Below are positions 53,083-64,000 of a stretch of DNA of 64,000 nt, one piece after another. The position numbers were made by a program, and so were the translations under genes. How positions within the stretch are numbered: position 1 is the first letter of the stretch; each line of letters opens with the position of its first letter. The stretch is from Nemertoderma westbladi. Lineage: Eukaryota > Animalia > Xenacoelomorpha. The notes beneath the pieces were generated by a model. The model ran no database searches, was not told the origin of the DNA, and saw nothing but the letters and a program-made list of their open reading frames with translations. Location: positions 1-64,000 of the forward strand of contig JAUCBJ010002983.1 in NCBI GenBank assembly GCA_032718475.1, given 5' to 3'.

Positions 53083-56000
53083 CCCCTGGTACTAGACTCC
53101 CACAGCACCCGGTACTAAACTGTCTCATAGCACCCGGTACTAGACTGTCCCTTTGCAACCGGTATTAGACTGTCCCATAGAACCCGGTACTAGACTGTCC
53201 CATAGCACCCGGTACTAGATTGTCCCGTAGCACCCGGTACTAGACTGTCCCATAGCACCCGGTACTAGATTGTCCCGTAGCACCCGGTACTAGACTGTCC
53301 CATAGCACCCGGTACTAGACTGTCCCATAGCACCCGGTACTAGACTGTCCCATATCACCCGGTACTAGACTGTCCCATAGCACCCGGTACTAGACTGTCC
53401 CATAGCACCCGGTACTAGACTGTCCCGTAGCACCCGGTACTAGACTGTCCCTTTGCAACCGGTATTAGACTGTCCCATTGCACCCGGTACTAGACTGTCC
53501 CATAGCACCCGGTACTAGACTGTCCCACAGAACCCGGCACTAGGCTGTCCCATTGCACCCGGTACTAGACTGTCCCATAGCACCCGGTACTAGACTGTCC
53601 CATAGAACCCGGTACTAGACTGTCCCATAGCACCCGGTACTAGCTTGTCCCGTAGCACCCGGTACTAGACTGTCCCATATCACCCGGTACTAGACTGTCC
53701 CGTAGCACCCGGTACTGGACTGTACCATATCAACCGGTACTAGACTGTCCCGTAGCACCCGGTACTAGACTGTCCCATAGCACCCGGTACTAGATTGTCC
53801 CGTAGCACCCGGTACTAGACTGTCCCATAGCACCCGGTACTAGATTGTCCCGTAGCACCCGGTACTAGACTGTCCCATAGCACCCGGTACTAGACTGTCC
53901 CATAGCACCCGGTACTAGACTGTCCCATAGCACCCGGTACTAGACTGTCCCATATCACCCGGTACTAGACTGTCCCATAGCACTCCGTACTAGACTGTCC
54001 CATAGAACCCGGTACTAGACTGTCCCATATCAACCGGTACTAGACTGTCCCTTTGCAACCGGTATTAGACTGTCCCATAGCACGCGGTACTAGACTGTCC
54101 CATAGCACCCGGTTCAAGACTGTCCCATAGCACCCGGTACTAGACTGTCCCACAGAACCCGGCACTAGGCTGTCCCATTGCACCCGGTACTAGACTGTCC
54201 CATAGCACCCGGTACTAGACTGTCCCATAGAACCCGGTACTAGACTGTCCCATAGCACCCGGTACTAGCTTGTCCCGTAGCACCCGGTACTAGACTGTCC
54301 CATATCACCCGGTACTAGACTGTCCCGTAGCACCCGGTACTAGACTGTCCCATAGCACCCGGTACTAGACTGTCCCACAGAACCCGGCACTAGGCTGTCC
54401 CATTGCACCCGGTACTAGACTGTCCCATAGCACCCGGTACTGGACTGTACCATATCAACCGGTACTAGACTGTCCCGTAGCACCCGGTACTAGACTGTCC
54501 CATATCACCCGGTACTAGACTGTCCCGTAGCACCCGGTACTGGACTGTACCATATCAACCGGTACTAGACTGTCCCGTAGCACCCGGTACTAGACTGTCC
54601 CATATCACCCGGTACTAGACTGTCCCGTAGCACCCGGTACTGGACTGTACCATATCAACCGGTACTAGACTGTCCCGTAGCACCCGGTACTAGACTGTCC
54701 CATATCACCCGGTACTAGACTGTCCCGTAGCACCCGGTACTGGACTGTACCATATCAACCGGTACTAGACTGTCCCGTAGCACCCGGTACTAGACTGTCC
54801 CATAGCACCCGGTACTAGACTGTCCCATATCACCCGGTACTAGACTGTCCCGTAGCACCCGGTACTGGACTGTACCATATCAACCGGTACTAGACTGTCC
54901 CGTAGCACCCGGTACTAGACTGTCCCATATCACCCGGTACTAGACTGTCCCGTAGCACCCGGTACTGGACTGTACCATATCAACCGGTACTAGACTGTCC
55001 CGTAGCACCCGGTACTAGACTGTCCCATATCACCCGGTACTAGACTGTCCCGTAGCACCCGGTACTGGACTGTACCATATCAACCGGTACTAGACTGTCC
55101 CGTAGCACCCGGTACTAGACTGTCCCATAGCACCCGGTACTAGACTGTCCCATATCACCCGGTACTAGACTGTCCCGTAGCACCCGGTACTGGACTGTAC
55201 CATATCAACCGGTACTAGACTGTCCCGTAGCACCCGGTACTAGACTGTCCCATATCACCCGGTACTAGACTGTCCCGTAGCACCCGGTACTGGACTGTAC
55301 CATATCAACCGGTACTAGACTGTCCCGTAGCACCCGGTACTAGACTGTCCCATATCACCCGGTACTAGACTGTCCCATATCACCCGGTACTAGACTGTCC
55401 CGTAGCACCCGGTACTGGACTGTACCATATCAACCGGTACTAGACTGTCCCGTAGCACCCGGTACTAGACTGTCCCATATCACCCGGTACTAGACTGTCC
55501 CGTAGCACCCGGTACTGGACTGTACCATATCAACCGGTACTAGACTGTCCCGTAGCACCCGGTACTAGACTGTCCCATATCACCCGGTTCTAGACTGTCC
55601 CATAGCACCCGGTACTAGACTGTCCCATAGCACCCGGTTCTAGACTGCCCCATAGTATACACGGTTCTAGACTGTCCCATAGCACCCGGTACTAGACTGT
55701 CCCATAGCACCCGGTACTAGACTGTCCCATATCACCCGGTTCTAGACTGCCCCATAGTATACACGGTTCTAGACTGTCCCATAGCACCCGGTACTAGACT
55801 GTCCCATAGCACCCGGTTCTAGACTGCCCCATAGTATACACGGTTCTAGACTGTCCCATAGCACCCGGTACTAGACTGTCCCATAGCACCCGGTACTAGA
55901 CTGTCCCATAGCACCCGGTTCTAGACTGCCCCATAGTATACACGGTTCTAGACTGTCCCATAGCACCCGGTACTAGACTGTCCCATAGCACCCGGTACTA

Positions 56001-59000
56001 GACTGTCCCATAGCACCCGGTACTAGACTGTCCCATAGCACCCGGTACTAGACTGTCCCATATCACCCGGTTCTAGACTGCCCCATAGTATACACGGTTC
56101 TAGACTGTCCCATAGCACCCGGTACTAGACTGTCCCATAGCACCCGGTTCTAGACTGCCCCATAGTATACACGGTTCTAGACTGTCCCATAGCACCCGGT
56201 ACTAGACTGTCCCATAGCACCCGGTACTAGACTGTCCCATAGCACCCGGTACTAGACTGTCCCATAGCACCCGGTACTAGACTGTCCCATATCACCCGGT
56301 TCTAGACTGCCCCATAGTATACACGGTTCTAGACTGCCCCATAGCACCCGGTACTAGACTGTCCCATAGCACCCGGTACTAGACTGTCCCATAGCACCCG
56401 GTACTAGACTGTCCCATAGCACCCGGTTCTAGACTGCCCCATAGTATACACGGTTCTAGACTGTCCCATAGCACCCGGTACTAGACTGTCCCATAGCACC
56501 CGGTACTAGACTGTCCCATAGCACCCGGTACTAGACTGTCCCATAGCACCCGGTACTAGACTGTCCCATATCACCCGGTTCTAGACTGCCCCATAGTATA
56601 CACGGTTCTAGACTGTCCCATAGCACCCGGTACTAGACTGTCCCATAGCACCCGGTTCTAGACTGCCCCATAGTATACACGGTTCTAGACTGTCCCATAG
56701 CACCCGGTACTAGACTGTCCCATAGCACCCGGTACTAGACTGTCCCATAGCACCCGGTTCTAGACTGCCCCATAGTATACACGGTACTAGACTGTCCCAT
56801 AGCACCCGGTACTAGACTGTCCCATAGCACCCGGTACTAGACTGTCCCATAGCACCCGGTTCTAGACTGTCCCATAGCACCCGGTACTAGACTGTCCCAT
56901 AGCACCCGGTTCTAGACTGTCCCATAGCACCCGGTACTAGACTGTCCCATAGCACCCGGTTCTAGACTGTCCCATAGCACCCGGTACTAGACTGTCCCAT
57001 AGCACCCGGTACTAGACTGTCCCATAGCACCCGGTTCTAGACTGCCCCATAGTATACACGGTTCTAGACTGTCCCATAGCACCCGGTACTAGACTGTCCC
57101 ATAGCACCCGGTACTAGACTGTCCCATAGCACCCGGTTCTAGACTGCCCCATAGTATACACGGTACTAGACTGTCCCATAGCACCCGGTACTAGACTGTC
57201 CCATAGCACCCGGTACTAGACTGTCCCATAGCACCCGGTTCTAGACTGCCCCATAGTATACACGGTACTAGACTGTCCCATAGCACCCGGTACTAGACTG
57301 TCCCATAGCACCCGGTTCTAGACTGTCCCATAGCACCCGGTACTAGACTGTCCCATAGCACCCGGTACTAGACTGTCCCATAGCACCCGGTACTAGACTG
57401 TCCCGTAGCACCCGGTACTAGACTGTCCCATAGCACCCGGTTCTAGACTGTCCCATAGCACCCGGTACTAGACTGTCCCATAGCACCCGGTACTAGACTG
57501 TCCCGTAGCACCCGGTACTAGACTGTCCCATATCACCCGGTACTAGACTGTCCCATAGCACCCGGTTCTAGACTGCCCCATAGTATACACGGTACTAGAC
57601 TGTCCCATAGCACCCGGTACTAGACTGTCCCGTAGCACCCGGTTCTAGACTGTCCCATAGCACCCGGTACTAGACTGTCCCATAGCACCCGGTACTAGAC
57701 TGTCCCGTAGCACCCGGTACTAGACTGTCCCATATCACCCGGTACTAGACTGTCCCATAGCACCCGGTTCTAGACTGTCCCATAGTATACACGGTACTAG
57801 ACTGTCCCATAGCACCCGGTACTAGACTGTCCCGTAGCACCCGGTTCTAGACTGTCCCATAGCACCCGGTACTAGACTGTCCCATAGCACCCGGTACTAG
57901 ACTGTCCCATATCACCCGGTACTAGACTGTCCCATAGCACCCGGTTCTAGACTGTCCCATATCACCCGGTACTAGACTGTCCCATAGCACCCGGTTCTAG
58001 ACTGTCCCATAGCACCCGGTACTAGACTGTCCCATAGCACCCGGTACTAGACTGTCCCATATCACCCGGTACTAGACTGTCCCATAGTCACCCGGTACTA
58101 GACTGTCCCGTAGCACCCGGTACTAGACTGTCCCATATCACCCGGTACTAGACTGTCCCGTAGCACCCGGTTCTAGACTGTCCCATAGCACCCGGTACTA
58201 GACTGTCCCATAGCACCCGGTACTAGACTGTCCCATAGTCACCCGGTACTAGACTGTCCCATAGCACCCGGTACTAGACTGTCCCGTAGCACCCGGTTCT
58301 AGACTGCCCCATAGTATACACGGTACTAGACTGTCCCATAGCACCCGGTACTAGACTGTCCCATAGCACCCGGTACTAGACTGTCCCATAGCACCCGGTA
58401 CTAGACTGTCCCATAGCACCCGGTACTAGACTGTCCCGTAGCACCCGCTACTAGACTGTCCCATATCACCCGGTACTAGACTGTCCCATAGCACCCGGTT
58501 CTAGACTGCCCCATAGTATACACGGTACTAGACTGTCCCATAGCACCCGGTACTAGACTGTCCCATAGCACCCGGTTCTAGACTGTCCCATAGCACCCGG
58601 TACTAGACTGTCCCATAGCACCCGGTACTAGACTGTCCCATAGCACCCGGTACTAGACTGTCCCATAGCACCCGGTACTAGACTGTCCCGTAGCACCCGG
58701 TTCTAGACTGTCCCATAGTATACACGGTACTAGACTGTCCCATAGCACCCGGTACTAGACTGTCCCGTAGCACCCGGTTCTAGACTGTCCCATAGCACCC
58801 GGTACTAGACTGTCCCATAGCACCCGGTACTAGACTGTCCCATAGCACCCGGTACTAGACTGTCCCATAGCACCCGGTTCTAGACTGTCCCATAGTATAC
58901 ACGGTACTAGACTGTCCCATAGCACCCGGTACTAGACTGTCCCATAGCACCCGGTTCTAGACTGTCCCATAGCACCCGGTACTAGACTGTCCCATAGCAC

Positions 59001-62000
59001 CCGGTACTAGACTGTCCCATAGCACCCGGTACTAGACTGTCCCGTAGCACCCGGTACTAGACTGTCCCATAGCACCCGGTTCTAGACTGTCCCATAGCAC
59101 CCGGTACTAGACTGTCCCATAGCACCCGGTACTAGACTGTCCCGTAGCACCCGGTACTAGACTGTCCCATATCACCCGGTACTAGACTGTCCCGTAGCAC
59201 CCGGTTCTAGACTGTCCCATAGTATACACGGTACTAGACTGTCCCATAGCACCCGGTACTAGACTGTCCCGTAGCACCCGGTACTAGACTGTCCCATAGC
59301 ACCCGGTACTAGACTGTCCCATAGCACCCGGTACTAGACTGTCCCGTAGCACCCGGTACTAGACTGTCCCATATCACCCGGTACTAGACTGTCCCATAGC
59401 ACCCGGTTCTAGACTGTCCCATAGTATACACGGTACTAGACTGTCCCATAGCACCCGGTACTAGACTGTCCCATAGCACCCGGTACTAGACTGTCCCATA
59501 GCACCCGGTACTAGACTGTCCCATAGCACCCGGTACTAGACTGTCCCATAGTCACCCGGTACTAGACTGTCCCGTAGCACCCGGTACTAGACTGTCCCAT
59601 ATCACCCGGTACTAGACTGTCCCTAGCACCCGGTTCTAGACTGTCCCATAGCACCCGGTACTAGACTGTCCCATAGCACCCGGTACTAGACTGTCCCATA
59701 GCACCCGGTACTAGACTGTCCCATAGTCACCCGGTACTAGACTGTCCCGTAGCACCCGGTACTAGACTGTCCCATATCACCCGGTACTAGACTGTCCCAT
59801 AGCACCCGGTACTAGACTGTCCCATAGCACCCGGTACTAGACTGTCCCATAGCACCCGGTACTAGACTGTCCCATAGTCACCCGCTACTAGACTGTCCCA
59901 TAGCACCCGGTACTAGACTGTCCCATAGCACCCGGTTCTAGACTGTCCCATAGTATACACGGTACTAGACTGTCCCATAGCACCCGGTACTAGACTGTCC
60001 CATAGCACCCGGTTCTAGACTGTCCCATAGCACCCGGTACTAGACTGTCCCATAGCACCCGGTACTAGACTGTCCCGTAGCACCCGGTACTAGACTGTCC
60101 CATATCACCCGGTACTAGACTGTCCCATAGCACCCGGTTCTAGACTGTCCCATAGTAACCGGTACTAGACTGTCCCATAGCACCCGGTACTAGACTGTCC
60201 CGTAGCACCCGGTTCTAGACTGTCCCATAGCACCCGGTACTAGACTGTCCCATAGCACCCGGTACTAGACTGTCCCATAGCACCCGGTACTAGACTGTCC
60301 CATAGCACCCGGTACTAGACTGTCCCGTAGCACCCGGTTCTAGACTGTCCCATAGTATACACGGTACTAGACTGTCCCATAGCACCCGGTACTAGACTGT
60401 CCCGTAGCACCCGGTACTAGACTGTCCCATAGCACCCGGTACTAGACTGTCCCATAGCACCCGGTACTAGACTGTCCCGTAGCACCCGGTACTAGACTGT
60501 CCCATAGCACCCGGTACTAGACTGTCCCATAGCACCCGGTTCTAGACTGTCCCATAGTATACACGGTACTAGACTGTCCCATAGCACCCGGTACTAGACT
60601 GTCCCATAGCACCCGGTACTAGACTGTCCCATAGCACCCGGTTCTAGACTGTCCCATAGTATACACGGTACTAGACTGTCCCATAGCACCCGGTACTAGA
60701 CTGTCCCATAGCACCCGGTACTAGACTGTCCCATAGCACCCGGTACTAGACTGTCCCATAGCACCCGGTACTAGACTGTCCCATAGCACCCGGTACTAGA
60801 CTGTCCCATAGCACCCGGTACTAGACTGTCCCATAGCACCCGGTACTAGACTGTCCCATAGCACCCGGTACTAGACTGTCCCATAGCACCCGGTACTAGA
60901 CTGTCCCATAGCACCCGGTACTAGACTGTCCCATAGCACCCGGTACTAGACTGTCCCGTAGCACCCGGTACTAGACTGTCCCATAGCACCCGGTACTAGA
61001 CTGTCCCTAGCACCCGGTACTAGACTGTCCCATAGCACCCGGTACTAGACTGTCCCATAGCACCCGGTACTAGACTGCCCATAGCACCGGTACTAGACTG
61101 TCCCATAGCACCCGGTACTAGACTGTCCCATAGCACCCGGTACTAGACTGTCCCATAGTATACACGGTACTAGACTGTCCCATAGCACCCGGTACTAGAC
61201 TGTCCCATAGCACCCGGTACTAGACTGTCCCATAGCACCCGGTACTAGACTGTCCCATAGCACCCGGTACTAGACTGTCCCATAGCACCCGGTACTAGAC
61301 TGTCCCATAGTCACCCGGTACTAGACTGTCCCATAGTCACCCGGTACTAGACTGTCCCATAGCACCCGGTACTAGACTGTCCCATAGCACCCGGTACTAG
61401 ACTGTCCCATAGCACCCGGTACTAGACTGTCCCATAGCACCCGGTACTAGACTGTCCCATAGCACCCGGTACTAGACTGTCCCATAGTATACACGGTACT
61501 AGACTGTCCCATAGCACCCGGTACTAGACTGTCCCATAGCACCCGGTACTAGACTGTCCCATAGCACCCGGTACTAGACTGTCCCATAGCACCCGGTACT
61601 AGACTGTCCCATAGCACCCGGTTCTAGACTGTCCCATAGTATACACGGTACTAGACTGTCCCATAGCACCCGGTTCTAGACTGTCCCATAGCACCCGGTA
61701 CTAGACTGTCCCATAGCACCCGGTACTAGACTGTCCCATAGCACCCGGTACTAGACTGTCCCATAGCACCCGGTACTAGACTGTCCCATAGCACCCGGTA
61801 CTAGACTGTCCCATAGCACCCGGTACTAGACTGTCCCATAGCACCCGGTACTAGACTGTCCCATAGCACCCGGTTCTAGACTGTCCCATAGTATACACGG
61901 TACTAGACTGTCCCATAGCACCCGGTACTAGACTGTCCCATAGCACCCGGTACTAGACTGTCCCATAGTAACACGGTACTAGACTGTCCCATAGCACCCG

Positions 62001-64000
62001 GTACTAGACTGTCCCATAGCACCCGGTACTAGACTGTCCCATAGTATACACGGTACTAGACTGTCCCATAGCACCCGGTACTAGACTGTCCCATAGTATA
62101 CACGGTACTAGACTGTCCCATAGTATACCCGGTACTAGACTGTCCCATAGCACCCGGTTCTAGACTGTCCCATAGCACCCGGTACTAGACTGTCCCATAG
62201 CACCCGGTACTAGACTGTCCCATAGCACCCGGTACTAGACTGTCCCATAGCACCCGGTTCTAGACTGTCCCATAGTAACCCGGTACTAGACTGTCCCATA
62301 GCACCCGGTACTAGACTGTCCCATATCACCCGGTACTAGACTGTCCCATAGCACCCGGTTCTAGACTGTCCCATAGTAACACGGTACTAGACTGTCCCAT
62401 AGCACCCGGTTCTAGACTGTCCCATAGTATACACGGTACTAGACTGTCCCATAGCACCCGGTACTAGACTGTCCCATAGTAACCCGGTACTAGACTGTCC
62501 CATAGCACCCGGTACTAGACTGTCCCATAGCACCCGGTTCTAGACTGTCCCATAGTATACACGGTACTAGACTGTCCCATAGCACCCGGTACTAGACTGT
62601 CCCATAGCACCCGGTACTAGACTGTCCCATAGCACCCGGTTCTAGACTGTCCCATAGTATACACGGTACTAGACTGTCCCATAGCACCCGGTACTAGACT
62701 GTCCCATAGCACCCGGTTCTAGACTGTCCCATAGTATACACGGTACTAGACTGTCCCATAGCACCCGGTTCTAGACTGTCCCATAGTATACACGGTACTA
62801 GACTGTCCCATAGCACCCGGTACTAGACTGTCCCATAGCACCCGGTACTAGACTGTCCCATAGCACCCGGTACTAGACTGTCCCATAGCACCCGGTACTA
62901 GACTGTCCCATAGCACCCGGTACTAGACTGTCCCATAGCACCCGGTACTAGACTGTCCCATAGCACCCGGTACTAGACTGTCCCATAGCACCCGGTACTA
63001 GACTGTCCCATAGTATACACGGTACTAGACTGTCCCATAGCACCCGGTACTAGACTGTCCCATAGTATACACGGTACTAGACTGTCCCATAGCACCCGGT
63101 ACTAGACTGTCCCATAGCACCCGGTACTAGACTGTCCCATAGCACCCGGTACTAGACTGTCCCATAGCACCCGGTACTAGACTGTCCCATAGCACCCGGT
63201 ACTAGACTGTCCCATAGCACCCGGTACTAGACTGTCCCATAGCACCCGGTACTAGACTGTCCCATAGCACCCGGTACTAGACTGTCCCATAGCACCCGGT
63301 ACTAGACTGTCCCATAGCACCCGGTACTAGACTGTCCCATAGTATACACGGTACTAGACTGTCCCATAGCACCCGGTACTAGACTGTCCCATAGCACCCG
63401 GTACTAGACTGTCCCATAGCACCCGGTACTAGACTGTCCCATAGCACCCGGTTCTAGACTGTCCCATAGCACCCGGTACTAGACTGTCCCATAGCACCCG
63501 GTACTAGACTGTCCCATAGCACCCGGTACTAGACTGTCCCATAGCACCCGGTACTAGACTGTCCCATAGCACCCGGTACTAGACTGTCCCATAGCACCCG
63601 GTACTAGACTGTCCCATAGCACCCGGTACTAGACTGTCCCATAGCACCCGGTACTAGACTGTCCCATAGCACCCGGTTCTAGACTGTCCCATAGTATACA
63701 CGGTACTAGACTGTCCCATAGCACCCGGTACTAGACTGTCCCATAGCACCCGGTACTAGACTGTCCCATAGCACCCGGTTCTAGACTGTCCCATAGTATA
63801 CACGGTACTAGACTGTCCCATAGCACCCGGTACTAGACTGTCCCATAGCACCCGGTACTAGACTGTCCCATAGCACCCGGTTCTAGACTGTCCCATAGAC
63901 CGGTACTAGACTGTCCCTAGCACCCGGTACTAGACTGTCCCATAGCACCCGGTTCTAGACTGTCCCATAGTATACACGGTACTAGACTGTCCCATAGCAC
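53083..64000. repeat. 25-bp satellite array, consensus CATAGCACCCGGTACTAGACTGTCC, >10.9 kb (roughly 430 or more units), open at the window end
   Basis: Seen directly. No spacers and no long ORFs; variant monomers are arranged in blocks. Confidence 0.98.

Noticed and set aside
53083-64000. CRISPR array
   Set aside because: Contiguous monomers with no unique spacers, no cas genes, eukaryotic context.

Overview
Repeat-rich genomic DNA from an animal, probably an invertebrate; the taxon cannot be determined from the sequence. Four host genes are supported. (1) The first two coding exons of a syntaxin-1 gene (minus, 3939-3968 and 2184-2273; missed by the ORF track; the gene continues left of the window). 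(2) A two-exon MEIG1 gene with a long N-terminal extension (minus, 37925-38305 plus 35145-35279). (3) An intronless TUBGCP5 (39592-42408), head-to-head with MEIG1. (4) An intronless SDR39U1 (48490-49434). The rest is non-LTR retrotransposons (CR1, L2, RTE, Crack/Daphne-like, RTEX-like, a CRE/RLE-like remnant), MITEs and HINE-like elements, a ~7.8-kb tandem duplication bounded by (CT)n tracts, and a >10.9-kb 25-bp satellite with layered higher-order structure running off the right end. Main observation: all three LINEs that keep their ORF1/ORF2 junction appear to belong to different clades, yet each ends ORF1 with an Asp codon plus TGA, has ORF2 in the same frame, and follows the TGA with CTA, CTG or CGG. 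CTA and CGG are the known leaky UGA contexts. This suggests programmed UGA readthrough giving an ORF1-ORF2 fusion; that step is inference and needs testing.
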